A DNA stretch of 64,000 bases from Amphiscolops sp. MND2022 (GCA_964187785.1 OZ076409.1:47060001-47124000); one strand, 5' to 3'. Shown: positions 13,646 to 27,200, counted from the first letter of the stretch. Notes: generated by a model from the sequence alone, not told the origin. Made by a program: numbers and translations.

Positions 13646-14109
13646 TTATAACAGAATTTGTAAAAAAACGCATCACGGATAATGATTTTCCTCTTCCATT
13701 GAAAATGTGAGGTCGGAAAATAATAACTACAAAAGTCCCGGTCGGCTAAAAAAAGTCAACAGAATGATGGAAATCTTTGTGATTCGAGCTCAAAAAAAGA
13801 CCCTTTTTATACGTTTCACAAATAAAAGATTTCTAACAAATCGACTTATGTATTAGATTTATCAGGAAGATATTGATAAAAATTGGCCTCCAAGTGCAAA
13901 ATATTGCAACGAAACCATCTATTTCTGGGCCTAATTAAAAAAAAGCAGAACGTGGTCAAAAAAATGGGTTGGAAAAACGGCATTTTCTGGAGAACAGCCG
14001 TTTTTCTTCGGACGAGACTATGCTTGAACTGAACAGAAAGATAAGGTTGTTGTGAGAATCTTTTTTGAGAAAACATTTTTTTCTCGGAAAAAAACTGATG
14101 GCTTGGGGA

Positions 14110-14760
14110 TGTAATGGATCGACTGGCGTCAGATTGCTGATACCCACAAAAACAAGTTGGATTTAGATGAAAACACCAAAATTCTTAAAGATCATGTTAT
14201 AGATTTCCTTTATCTGCTTGAACCGTTCCAACGAGACAACGTGCCATAGATCGATTTAAACCAAAGTTGATTTCTGGGAAAATGGGTTCACTATAATGGA
14301 AAGTTTGCCTGCACAGTCCCCCGATCTCAAAATTTTCGAAAATTTGTGGAATGTCCTGAAGAAAAATGTCCATAAAAACCTTCGGAGACCCTTCAAAAAC
14401 GTTGGAATTATGCACAAGAAGAGTTCGAAAAAATTCCGGTTGAGTACACAGTAAAACTTTACGACTCAATTCCTCGACGATTACAGCTAGTTGTTGCAAA
14501 AAGAGGCTATGCAACGAATTATTAGACTTTTTAACGATATTGTTTTGATCTTTTTTGGATACGTTTTGTTATGATTTTGGAAATGGTTTCATTTCTCTAA
14601 AATTTTGAACAGAGTAGCATTTTTCTTCACACCACTTCACGTTGGAAATACCAATGACCATCTAGACACCCCGAGAAAACACATTTTTTTCCTAATCAGT
14701 TTTTTTAATTTGCCTAACTTTTGCCAAAACATTCTTGTTCACTCTCTTTTGACGACTATA
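14110..14760 (+). mobile_element. Tc1/mariner transposase C-terminal remnant
   Basis: Frameshifted motifs FQRDNVP (14226), PAQSPDLKIFENLW (14308) and SIPRRLQLVVAKRGYATNY* (ending 14525) match Tc1 consensus FQQDNAP / PSQSPDLNPIENLW / SMPRRLQAVIxAKGxxTKY*. Boundaries are approximate. Confidence 0.85.
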
Positions 14761-16427
14761 CATAAATGCATTTAATCCGCTACTAATTTAGTTTATTTAT
14801 TCCGTTTTTCGCATACTTGTTTGCGTATCTGGGGGATAAATGCATTATTCAGTTACTAATTTATACGTTTTTCCGTTTCTCTACCTATACTATTTTTTCC
14901 GTTTTTCTCATACTTTTCCGCGTATCTGGTGGGAAAATCGAAATTGGGACCATTTAGTCTCATCCGGTATTGTATGAGACGCTAAAAAGGAAGACCTATT
15001 ATAGTTCAGCTGCCTAAGCCAAATTGTACAATATGGATCCTTGAAATTTTGTATAACCTTGGATAACTATTTTGGTCAGTTCCTGTGTATTGGAAAAAAG
15101 GGTCGCGTTTCATTCATGATGCGCCGACTAAAAAAGAGGTTTTATCCAGAAAACTGTTAATTCGATGCATCAATTAGTGGAACCCACTTCAAAATTAGGG
15201 ATTCTCGCAACAACAGTCAGAAAAAACGCTGTTTTCGATGGGTTTGATACTGATAAATAACCACCCCTTTTATTTTCGACCAGTAGTTTCCTTTGCGTTG
15301 TCCACATTCATTCTGAAAAACGAAGAAAGAAAAAAAAGCCCAGTTATCAAAACCAGAAGCGGTTGGTAAACACTGTTATCGCAGAAAACAGTAGGCTTTC
15401 CAGCATAATCAACAGGACACACTTTTCATTGCAGAATTTCATTGCGAGTTTTCAAAAAAATGGCGGAAAATCTTACCTTCGTGTCGAAAATTTACTGTCT
15501 TGTAGTGACGCAAATGAGACTATCTTGTTTTTATCGCTTTTTACAAAACTAATCGCAGTATGAAAAAATACGCAACAACACAAAATAATTGAGTGTGAAA
15601 GCAGTCTTTCATTCGCTATCAATCAAACTCGAAAATTTTGATAAAAAATAACTGACAGAAGTTGTTCAAATATGTTTAAAACTGTTTTCATGAAAAATTG
15701 TATCCGGAAAACTCCTCAAAAGCATTTCGTCCAAATTAAAGTTCAGAAACGTGGTAGAAAATTAACTCGTCGATTATTAATTAAGTGCTAACTCTTCGAA
15801 AATCAAAAACGATTACTATTTGACTACAATTAACCCACGCGAAAAACGCTTCTCAAAAATTCTATTCCAAAGAGCTGATTATAAAATACTTTTCTATAAT
15901 TGTTGCATGATACTCTTTTTTTCGCATAATGTAGATTCTCCAGCTGTATAATTGCTTGAAATGTGTCACTTCTATAGTTTATTTTGTAATGCTTTTGTTA
16001 ATGATAAAGTACGACCACTTCGCTGGGAAAATTGTTGCTGTTGAGCTGTTGTCATGAGAAATCAGACAACCCTTAAGTCCTCAAAGTAATCACAATCTGA
16101 TCATATGGATTCAAGAAACTATTTTCAATATCAAAGCATGAAGAAAATTAAAAGCGCAACTATTCGGATTTGAAGATTAAAAATCGATAATTTGATGTAA
16201 GGGGTGTCATCTGGCGAAAAAAAATCGACTTCCTGTGACACTCGGGCACCTTTTGATTCAAAGTGCGCTGACAACAGCATACTCGACAATCTTGAAAATT
16301 TCATTCTTGAAAAAAGCGTAATGCGAAGCTAGAGATCAGTTGGTTCGCTTCGACTCTATTGTGTTTACAAACATTGTGATCTATTCAAAGCTGCAATATT
16401 GCTAAATCTACAGATGAAATATCTCTT

Positions 16428-17270
16428 ATGCTGAAAGAATCAGCAATTGATGAATCGATAAAAAGCATTCTTATTCCCATTATTGAAAGCCTCAAAGTTA
16501 AAGATGCGGAGATTATCGAACTTAAAAATGAAGTTACCTATCTCATAAAAAAAACGAGATGGAGCAGTACTCGATCTTTCGAAACTTACCATTATTATCT
16601 GGACGGTCAATTACGGAGGATGTGGTTACATTTATCAACAAGCAACTTGGAGTTCAGATGGGACCCAAAGACCTGGTAGCATGCCATGCCGTCTCTCCTG
16701 TGAGGAACCCAGCCCAGCCACCTGCAATAATAGCTATGTTCATTTACTTTAGTTTGAAAGATCGTGTATGGGGACGAAAAACGTCTTTGCGGTTTTTTTA
16801 AAAATCCCTTGAACGGTTACGCCGTTTATTTAACTGAGCGACTAACAAAAAGAGATCAAAAACTTGTTAATGAGGCAAACAACATGGGTATACATGTACC
16901 AACAAATAATTGCAAGCCTAAAGTTTGGAAAAAATGTGGTGATGGACAATTCATGAAACAAACACTTGTTGACAGGGACGATCTATTGGAACTGGCTAGA
17001 TCCCAGAAGCTGCGAAATATTCGAAAAAGAAACAGTTGATGAAATAACTCCGCCAACGGACTATCAAACAAGCCGAGAACGGCCAAATGTGACACCAGCT
17101 AACAAAAGTGGAAAGAGACCATTCCAAGAAGATTCTCCCGTCATTGACATGTCTCTCTATGATAAAATAAAAGCTGTGCGCCGAGACAAAGGACGAATAC
17201 TCGACTTAGTGGAGTCTCTCTCTTCAACCAAGAAAATGAAAAAACTAGAAGAATCATTTCAAACGGCAGT
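16428..17270 (+). pseudogene. LINE ORF1 (frameshifted)
   Basis: Coiled-coil followed by LVACH..PPAIIAMF and VYLTERLT, typical of CR1/L2-type ORF1. Confidence 0.7.
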
Positions 17271-17392
17271 TTTGAACAAACTGATTAAATTGTACCTAAT
17301 TAGTATTCACGATTTCAGTGGAGCGATCTGTTTCATCTACTTTCGGTTTCATGCATAAAGATACCAGCCGAGTTGAAAGTCAGTGAAATGAG

Positions 17393-20140
17393 ATGAATGT
17401 ACTAGGATTAAACATTAAATCTTTAGGATTCCATCATGACCAATTAAAAATACTTCTCGAAACGTTCGAACGTAAACCTGAAATACTGATCATCACTGAA
17501 ACTTGGTTAACTGAAAACGATCCTCTTGATAGATTCGAATTGGATGATTACCAGCCAGTTGAATCGAAACTTCGAGAGTGCTTTAAGCGAAGATCTGGAG
17601 GTGTGGCTTTTTATGTGAAAGAAGGTATTAGGTACAGAAGTATTGAATTACAAACACAAATAGAATGTTCAATTGTTCAAGTAATTTTTTTCTGATAGTG
17701 ATGTGAAAAACTTTTGCGCAATCTATAGACCTGAAACTTTCCGTTTATCATTTTTTTCCCAGAATTTGAGGAACTATTGCATTTTCTCAAGACTCTGGAG
17801 ATTTCAATATTGACACACTGAATGAACACAAAGATAAAAGAGATTACACGAACTTACTGGCGGCGTATGATTTTCAAGTACAAAATTTTTTACCAACCAG
17901 AGTTACGCTGACATCGAAAACATGTCTTGATCACATGATCACAGAAGGAACGGTAAATACGGAGACGATACAAACTACGATTAGTGACCACTTCACGGTC
18001 ACTGCAAAAATACCGGCGATTTGGAAACAAAGCAAGAATACAAATGTTCCGCTTGCTCGTAATTTGAACAGGTTAAAAGGAGAGAGTGCATTGAATTTCT
18101 TGTTCCTACAAGATCAAAAGCTTTAAAAAATGAATGAAACTTCGGACGTAAATGCACAAATGAAAGAAATATCGGAATCTATCATGGCATGTGTAGATCA
18201 TTTCGCACCAGAGAAGCCGCGGACAGGTCGAAATAAATCTGATGGTTGGATTACAAACAAAATCAAATACGCCATTAGAAAACATGATGATTTATTTCAG
18301 CTATGGATAATAAACCCTATTGAGTTGAACTGTGAAATTTACAGAAAATGTCGTAATAAAGTCTCGGAAATGATTCGATCAGAGAAGAAAAACGCAAATT
18401 CCAAAAAACTCGGAACAAATCCGACTGCTAAAACAATCTATATAACATTGAAATCAATAAAAAAGCAACAAGATGGTACGAATTTACCGGACTTGAATGT
18501 TTAAAATAACCATTTCATATCTATTGGACCGAAACTGTCATCCAAGTTCACAGAAATGTAACCCACCCGAATCCGAAAAAACAATGTTTGTGCATCCTAC
18601 CAACGAAAAAGAAAATTATGAGATACTTCACGGCATGAAAAACAAAAAAAGTGGTCATTATGGAATAAGTAATGAAATTTTAAAATGTTGTTCTCCTATA
18701 CTAGAACCCTTCCTAGTTAGAATTTTCAATCAATGTATTACAAATTGCATTTTTCCCGAATGCTTCAAAATAGCTAACGTAATACCTCTGTATAAGAAAG
18801 GAGACAAAACTGATCCCCATAACTACAGACCAATTAGCCTGTTGAGTTCATTGAGCAAAATTTTCGAAAAAAATGCTCCTTAAAAGAATGATGAAATTCT
18901 GTCAAACTAACAAACTACTGAACCCAGTGCAATATGGCTTCAGAAACAAAATGTCTTGCACTGATGCAATCGGTGCCATAACGGACTACATCAGAGATGT
19001 GATTGATAGAAAATTGACCGGACAGGCTTGCTTCATTGATCTTCAGAAAGCTTTCGATACCATAGATCATAAAATACTGTTGAGAAAAATGGAAAAACTT
19101 GGGCTGCGAGGGAATATCAACGAACTGATTGGCAATTATTTAACTGATAGATGGCAATACGTTAGTACTAGCAGGAAAAACACAATGAAACAAAAAATTT
19201 CCGCTGGAGTTCCACAGGGATCGGTTCTAGGTCCTTTTTTGTTCCTGCTTTATTTTAATGATCTTCCAAGTGTCGGCGAATCAAGTCAGATGGTGATCTT
19301 TGCCGAAGATACAACCATTATAAATGCTGGAAAAGGTACTGATGCTGTCATCAAAAATGACATAGTAACTGTATCCAAGTGGTTCGAATCTAACAAGTTG
19401 ACTATCAATACTGATAAGTGCGAGGCAGTGTTTTTTGGATGCGGCAAACATAATAACTTGAGAATCTTGTCGAAAGAGCTTGAGTACAAAATTTCTTGTA
19501 AGTATTTAGGTGTCCACATAGATAAACATCTGAGATTCAGAGAACACATTGATCATGTGGTTAAAAAACTGAACAAATTTTGTGGTTTGATATATAGGGT
19601 AAGACACTTGTACCCGAGAAAGTGTCTTCTAATGTTCGCAAAATCAAAATTACTTATGGATTACTGTTATACGGTACCGCATATAAAACGAATATGACTA
19701 AAATAGAAGCTGTGCAAAGGCGAATCCTTCGGGCAATTTTTTTCAAGAAAAAATTCGATTCCTTGGAAAGAGTGTTTGCTGATAACAAAGTTTTGACTGT
19801 TTTTGAACTTTTCCAGGTAGAAATACTTAAAGAATTATTTCGTCAACTGAAATGTAAATCACCTCGTACTCTCTTGCAACCTAATGAAAACCCTAATCCC
19901 AATTATCAAACAAGGTTGCGTAAAAAGAACATGTTTACACCCGTATATAGTAGAACTGTTACTAATAAAAACTTCTTGACCAAATGTCTTGGAGAAGCAT
20001 ACAATTGGTTATTAAATCTGGATCTCGTTCCTTATTCACTATGGGAAATGTCTTCTCGACAAATAAAACAACTTATAACAAAAATCACATCACTCTACAT
20101 TATTGACAACAAACAACTTTTAGAACTGTTCTACAACTGA
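17393..20140 (+). pseudogene. LINE ORF2: AP endonuclease + reverse transcriptase (several frameshifts/stops)
   Basis: APE motifs LNIKSL, ITETWL, GGVAFY, GDFNID, SDH. RT motifs NYRPISLL, QYGFR, FIDLQKAFD, GVPQGSVLGP, FAEDT (degenerate YADD), KYLGV. Confidence 0.92.
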
Positions 20141-20724
20141 TAGACATAAACCTTTAAGCATCATTTTCCTCATTTGAATCTAACTCATTGACTTCAACTT
20201 GGCTTCAGAGGGCGTAAACTGGAAGAGCATCTCTTTGCTCATTTTACGTCCTATTTGGGTGCTTTTATATACATTTTGTTTTTTTAAAGCTACTCAATGA
20301 AATTAAATCTTATTTCTTATCTTATTTTTTATTTCATCGCAGTATTTTTGAACAAAAAAAGGCATTGAAAAAATTTCTTTAAGTTTTTGTATGTGAAAAA
20401 GTCACTTTTCATGCTCACCTTTGTTTACCATGCTTGAACTTTCTACATGCCAGCAACTTTTATAATGACTTTCTAAAGCTGTTACGAAAACTTTAATGCT
20501 TTAATATTTCCCTGTTGTCATCAACTTTTATCACGCCGCTCAAAAATTTCATGTAAAAAGTTCCCGCAGTCTCGTCTAGCGTGCAAAAAACAATGTGCAA
20601 TACAATGCATCTCAGAATGAAAATAATTTATAGTTTTAGAAGGAATCGCAAAATTTTCTTATAGGTCGTTTGGCTCTTGCAGTTTTTCATTTGTTTTGTT
20701 GAGAATCCTCCGCTCTTAGCTGAC

Positions 20725-21238
20725 CTTTGAAACGGTGTTTCAAGCAGTAGGAGTTTATCTTCTTCATTTTCAGTTTTCCAATCACAGCTGCACTTTCCAG
20801 CAAAATTGAGTATTACTAGGAAAAAATTTGAAGTACGAGATTTCATTTGTTATAAAAAAAATTTTTTTGACATCATTAAAAAAAAGTAACCAGATCTTTC
20901 ATCTAAGTTCATTCATCTAAGTTGAGCCTTCCGTATTTCAAAACATCAATCCTAACCAAAGAAATTTCTTCAACACAAGAAGCTAATGATTTCTGACGAC
21001 GGACAAAAAAGGGATATGAGAATATTACTTACTTATACAAAGTCTGGTGTAGAGAGGTGGTAGGTTGAAAGAGAGATTGACAGCGGATGAATTCTAGAAT
21101 TGAAACCGGGAAATGGTGAAATGGTTCGGTGTTTAGTTTGCGCCAGAAAGAGAATGAAAGAAAAACGGCGAAACTTAACGGGTCTGTCGCAATAGATAGT
21201 GGTACGTAGATTTTACAGCTCACAAAGCAGCCAAGTAA
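20725..21238 (-). CDS. Tentative host-gene exons: 21238-21206, 21093-21033, 20815-~20725
   Basis: AG/GT-bounded and phase-compatible (0, then 1): LLGCFVSCKIY|NSSAVNLSFNLPPLYTRLCI|IILNFAGKCSCDWKTENEEDKLLLLETPFQ. No homology recognised. Confidence 0.3.
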
Positions 21239-21568
21239 CTGCATTTGGTCCGATGCACGGAGAATAATACGGAAATGCAATATTTCAAAACGATGAAAAA
21301 AGCATTGCAGAAAACACGGGGGCCGAAATTTGAAAGAAAATTGTTAATTGCTGTCTGTATACAGCTAAAGCTATGCAAATTCTTTTGAAAATTTTTCCTG
21401 TAATTTTCCAAGGCTCTTCCTGCAGAAACCTTTTCTCTCTTATACTTAGCTTGTTACTGTAGATACGCCGTCGCCTCAGCAGCAAATGTACATAAATAAG
21501 CCATTTTCAGCTATTTCATTTGTCTTTTTCCTGTACCTCGAAAAAATGCTAAAATTCTGCAGTATGTT

Positions 21569-23479
21569 TGTGTTGACCGTGATTAGGGAGCAAATCACTT
21601 GGTTCAACTAGTCTATATCTATACTCCGCGTTTTCTGCATCCTCGTCGTCGGGACCACGACGCACGTTGTTAGGCGGTCTTTCTGTCAGCGTATCGATTT
21701 TAGAAGTCAGGTTTTCTATCATCTTCAGAATCTCGCGCTGTCCGACTTCCGCGTCTTTGATTCTTTTACTTACAGATTTTTCTATCTTTTCAGATAATTC
21801 CGTAAAATCCTTATCGGACAAACTAGCAGCGTTTTCAGTTCTCATGCTAGAAGATTCAGGTTCGTCTAAAGAGTTCACAGGGGAATCCCTTCTGGCTTTT
21901 CTTTTGGAGCTACGTTCTGGCATCTTACTTAGGCTTGATAATTCTCGATTTTCTTTTTTAAGGAAATAAGAGCAAGTTCTCAAGTGACAAAGTGTGACGT
22001 TTCAAGATTTTTAATTATCGTTAAACGAAAGATAATTGTTTCGCAAAATAACAAAATTCAACTAAACATGGCTTCTAGCTCGCATTGTATTTATACTTTC
22101 CATCCCGGAAATCGGGGAAAAGACACGAACATACTTCACATTTTGTTCAGTCCGGCGTCCGTCCGAGGCAGGGAAACAGGAAGTTCAGTTCCGCTTTGTC
22201 GAACTCAGGCCTTCAGCTTGTTCATGCTTTCCGAAGAAAGCACGCGCCCACTTCCGGCCTGAGTTGCGACTCCGCTTCCCTTCGCCTCCGATCTCTCGCC
22301 TTTTCAGGACGCCGAACTGAAAAAAATTATCAAGACACGCGCAATGAGTCACTGAACAAGGTTGATTAACTGCACAAATTTGGAAAAAAATGATGACAAC
22401 CAATTTTCCTTTACAAATAATTCTCTAGATTAAATAAATCAGCAACAATTTGGATGAAATTAAACCTGAATCACACATTAAGTTTTAAATGAAAAGGGTA
22501 GAATTGTTTCTACAGTATTTACGGCTCTGATTTTTGGTTAAGATCACGAAGCCTGGCCCCAGGCCATAGTCCGGGACGGACAAATTTGTTCAATGGATAA
22601 AGCAACTATTAATTATAAACAGCATCAGATACATTGTTCAGAAAGGTATTTAATGCAATTAAACGGCAACAGATTCAGGGGACAGGATATAAATGTTATT
22701 AACACTTGGTTTGATATTCAGTACTAAATCTTTGGTCCAGGCTGCGGTTCAGGCCTGTTTATAGATTAATCAAAATTTACATGTAAAAGAACGTTGTATG
22801 TGATATTTTGAATGACGATATAGTTTAAGATCATAAATAATAATCTCTTGATTCATTTCGAGACAAAATTACATGATAGCATCATCATCTTTCACTTTCG
22901 TGATTGATTTATCGTATGTAATTCTCAGGCCGCATCCCAGGACATGGTACGTGATATTCTATTAAGTTAGCACAGAAATCTCAATCGTTGGTATATTTGC
23001 ACTTGTATTGTTAATAAAACACTGCACTAGACATTAGTTCATTTACATGTATTCACTATAACGCGCGCTTGCATATTAGTTCACTGAGTTTATAATTCTC
23101 AGGCTGCCTGCCAGGCCGCCGCTTCAGTGCGAGTATTTGAGGCCGGCTGCCAGGCCTCAGTTCCGCCTTCGATTTCTCAGTTCGTTCACTGAGCGGTGCA
23201 ATTCGATTATTATTATTACATAGTATTGTATTATTATTAACTGCACAAATAGCTCCGTTATTCCGTAAGTACGTATTTATATAAGTGTACATTATTATGA
23301 TAATAATACTAATATGCATATATTTATTAATTTAACTTCAAATTTATATTGTTTAACTCCTTTGTTTCTGATTGTTTGTCCGCTGTCTATTTCCTCTTCT
23401 TTTGTTCTTTTCCCAATTTATTCTTCGAAGAGTGGGTTGTGTTTGTTGCAATACTCGCAGCTCAGGCGGGGCTGTGACA
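21569..23479 (-). repeat. 3' LTR (1911 bp)
   Basis: Direct repeat of 35260-37169; about 28 substitutions and one indel counted by eye (~98.5% identity). Confidence 0.97.
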
Positions 23480-24002
23480 GTCCTCGGCTTCTGTACCCAG
23501 TTCCCTCAGGAAGAAGAAATTGGGAAATCGATCGAATCGGGGTCTCAAATAGCGTTGGGAGATCGTCAGTTAAGGAATTGTAGGATCGCCAAGATGAGTC
23601 TGTCTCCCAATCACTTCCCGAATAGTAGCCTTCTGAGCTACTGTAGAAACTTATCGGGCTATCAACGTTGTAGTCGGGATCATCGTAAATTTCACGGTCG
23701 AATTGCCTGACCGGACTCACAAATGTGTCTTCGGGGATCACTGGGTTGTCTTGCGTGAAACGTCTGATGACTCCCGTCTCGCTTTCTGTGTTCGTAGTAT
23801 CAGCCGGCGCTTCTTCGTGTACTAGGACTACGTGGTAGTCCTGTGTTTTAATGATTTCATAAGTAATGTTAATTTGCCGCGTGGTAATTAGGTTATAATC
23901 TGGTGGCGGTGTACCGGGTCTTTGTTCGGGCTGCTGCTGTTGATCTCGTTCGAGAATGAAGACGTCTTCGTCCATTTTGCTGCTTGAATTTGGATGATTC
24001 AT
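23418..24002 (-). CDS. ORF3, 194-aa acidic protein of unknown function; spans PPT and ends inside 3' LTR
   Basis: Intact ORF with ACAACAATG start context and TATATAA ~125 nt upstream. The last ~20 codons (LSQPRLSCEYCNKH...) lie in the LTR. Confidence 0.7.
   Translation of the reverse strand: MNHPNSSSKMDEDVFILERDQQQQPEQRPGTPPPDYNLITTRQINITYEIIKTQDYHVVLVHEEAPADTTNTESETGVIRRFTQDNPVIPEDTFVSPVRQFDREIYDDPDYNVDSPISFYSSSEGYYSGSDWETDSSWRSYNSLTDDLPTLFETPIRSISQFLLPEGTGYRSRGLSQPRLSCEYCNKHNPLFEE
23480..23507 (-). other. Atypical polypurine tract
   Basis: GAGGGAACTGGGTACAGAAGCCGAGGAC directly abuts the 3' LTR TG; purine-rich but interrupted by pyrimidines. Confidence 0.5.
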
Positions 24003-24125
24003 TGTTGTAGTAAACTAAGCGTCAGTCAATTTTTAGTACAACTGATTTGCTTCGCTTGGAAAATTTGTTCACACGGTTTGTGTCAACTCCATGAATTGTT
24101 CAGCTGGCAGACTGAACAACTCTCC

Positions 24126-24132
24126 TTATATA
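24126..24132 (-). promoter_or_regulatory. Putative TATA box for ORF3 (internal, possibly bidirectional promoter region)
   Basis: TATATAAGG on the minus strand, between the divergent ATGs at 24002 (-) and 24222 (+). Confidence 0.5.
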
Positions 24133-24221
24133 GTAGATAACTTTTGATAGTAGAAATTTCCTTGCTTTACGCCACATCTTCTTTGATTTTATGCTGGTTG
24201 TTATTTTTAGATTGTTTGAAA

Positions 24222-27200
24222 ATGAGTTCAACTGAAGCTGAAAATGTTGTCTTGAGTCAAAGTCGGGCCGTCGGATTGAAGGAGAGCGAGGCCGAGGTCG
24301 AGTCTGTGGTAGAGTCTGTCGTGCAAGGTGAGCGGACAGTGGTTGCTTCTGACGAGGTAGAAAGTGGAGAGGCTGGGGATGCAGCTAATGATGAGCCCGT
24401 GGGTCCTGGATTTGGAGAGAAAGGCAGTTCGAGTGAGGACGGTGAAAGCTGCGCTGAGACGGAATCGTAACATTCAGCAACGAGTGACGGTCGTCATGAT
24501 CTCAACTACCTAGCGGACAAGAAAGGTAAGCTTTCTAGAAATTAAATGGTGGCCAGCCTTTCTAGGGTGTGTTGAACGCGTTCTTTTACTTCTACTTTCA
24601 CAGTGACTGATGATGAGCTTGACGAAGATTATGCCCCCAGTTTGTCTACGAGGTCGCAGAGCAAGAAGAAATCACGGTCCAGTCGGGTGCTTTCAACGAG
24701 TAGTGCAAAGCCTTCTAAGCGTGTGCGTTTGGCTGACGTGATTTCTGGAGCGATTCCCAAGCCTCCTATGATGGGCGACAGTTCTGGGGGAGATTTTGAA
24801 TCCGCGACAATTTCTGCATCCAAAACACTTGAAAGTAGGTAATCTTTCTCTTTCTTGTTTCTATGAAGTTTTCTTTGGGTTTTCATTTGTGGTTGTAGGG
24901 TCTACATTCCACTTCTGTATACTTCATATTCGCTTTTGTTGTAGTTGCCGATCCTTATCCTGGTTTGGGGGATTGCTCCGATCCGGAAAGTGATGTGTTT
25001 GCTGTTGAGGCTACAGTTGGGACGCCGGCCCCAGAAAGTGACGCGATGTCGGTGTTGCCTGAAGGTCTTTCTCGTCAGACACGGACACAGCACAATCGTC
25101 CAGCTGTGGGGCTCGAGCCTTCAGTGGTCCATAATGAGTGGGAGAAAGGTACAGTTTTAAGGTTTCTGTTGTACAGTGTTGCTCATTGTAGTTATGTCGT
25201 AGGTTCGTTGTATTCCGTTATGTAGTGTGTCTTGATTTGGTGAATGGTGTTGTTAACGTGTATTGTGATGTTTTAGTTGGTCTAAAGTCTGTTCCTCCGG
25301 GTTCCCCCATGGTGATGACGGCAGCTCAATGCGTCATTCTTGCACGGAGTGCGGCCCGGGCAGAGCGCCGTGAAACGTTAAAGGAGACCAAAACCTTGGC
25401 GAAGCGTAAGTAGTAGTGTGTCTTGTTGATTGTTTTTCCTGTCATCTGACTTCTATTATTTCTGGCTGTATTTTGTATTGTATTGCTTTGTTTATTACTG
25501 GCCGACTCTGTCTGTATTCTTCTGTTCTGCTTGTATTCTGGTTGTTGTAAAGGTGAGTGATGTTTAGAATTTGAAGAGTTATCACAGTTACTGAAGTCGA
25601 GGGGCATCGATGCAGAGGACCCTGGTCGGGTCATGGATCCATTGGAGGCCAAAAAGGAAAAATTGCTGGCACGAGATGAGGAGCGCGCCAAGAAGCAGTC
25701 CGAGCGACATGTATTGACCAAAGCCATGAGCAATCACCCAATCCCGAAGTTGTTTGTGAGTCGGAGGAGCGACAAAGGGCCGAACGGTTTCAATTGTGCG
25801 ATCTGTCAAAAGGACGTGTCCTTTTTATCACGTGGGCCACGGGGTATCTGGAGACACTTTAAGTGTAAAGGACACTATGCCAAGGATCGCCGTTATCGCT
25901 ACGATCATGAGGAGATGATCTTTACCGAGAAATTTGATGCCATTACCGTTGCCGAATTGACGGTGGAACAGCGTGCTGAAATTGAGCAGACTCCGCCTGT
26001 GGTGTCGGGCAAGATGAACAAGTTTTTGGAGGACGAAGTTGACGCGCTGGTCGGTGTTCCATCCAACGTGCCTCCGACTACCCTTGTAGGCTGCCTGTTC
26101 GAATTGCTGCGGAGTGGTGGGTCACAGGTGTTTCTCGGTCGTCTTTGGAATCAGTTCCGAACGACCCTGCCTGTGGAAAGTCCCTATGCTTCAGTGACCT
26201 GGAGCAAGACAGAAACGTTGGTCGTCCTTGTTCAGACCCTCTATCCTCGGGTGTTACGTCGTGTAAAGTCATGGCACGGGGACGGCCCATTCAGTTTGGC
26301 GTTGCATAGTTATTACTCCGGTGTGAAGTGCATCGTCCGTTGCTGCCCCGGTGACTCTTTGCGTGAAGTGCACCTTGTGGATGAAGATCCGAGGGATGTA
26401 GCTTGTGGGGCGGAGGTACAGTGTCTGGCCCGTGCTCTGTCGCTAGTCTCTACTCGGCGGGGGCCCGCTGCTATTCTGGGTTGCTCTCCTGTGCTTTTTA
26501 ACGCCTATGTGGACTGGTGTCGCTCAGTGGGTCGGCCTTCTCCTATCGTGGCTATTTCGTTTACTGGAGATGTATTTCGTCGACTTGTAGGTGAATCTAG
26601 CTTGGCGTGTGTGGGTGCGGTCGATCCTTTTGCTACTGTAGATTACCTGGCTCACCGTCTCATGAGGATCCGCCATCAGGCGTGGTTGCTGGATCTGCCG
26701 AAACTCCGCATGTGCCTGGAAACTGGAGTCGTGCCCTTCGCTTCATTGTGTGATGTGCTGCAAGAATTGTTGGATCACTGGCCTGATGTGAAGCTCAGTT
26801 TGTCAAATGACGTTTTCATGATAAAGAAGGTTGCGAATGTTGTGGACTTAGATTCCTTGCTTTGTTCTGATCGCTTGGGTCTCCCTCGCTTGTCGCTATT
26901 ACATGTGGTGTTGCTGTGCTTTCGCGCCAACTTCAAGAGGCTCTTTGACTCTGGTGCAAAGGATTATGCCTGTAGGAACTATTCCGACTTTTGCTTCTTC
27001 TATTGGAGCCTTTTAAGTAAGGTCAAGAAGATGAGCCAGTTGCCCTCGATCGACGATTGGTCCAAGTATATGGGTAAACCTTTGAACAGTTGGGCCAACG
27101 TGTCTGTTGGTGAGTGCTTGCAAGGTGAGCCAAGTATTCTAAAGGCATTGCGGGGTTTCGAGGACACTCCCCGGCGGGCCTTCCTTCGCGAACGCCAGAG

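Larger units (their letters stand above)
16230..20330 (+). mobile_element. Decayed near-full-length non-LTR retrotransposon (CR1/L2-like)
   Basis: ORF1 fragments followed by APE and RT fragments; TCTTA-type tandem tail ~20305-20330. Ends approximate; no TSD found. Confidence 0.85.

Noticed and set aside
21984..23319. Mid-LTR ORFs (92, 94, 87 aa) duplicated at 35.7-37.0 kb
   Set aside because: Duplicated only because they lie in the LTRs; one is already truncated in the second LTR and none is shared with related LTR families.
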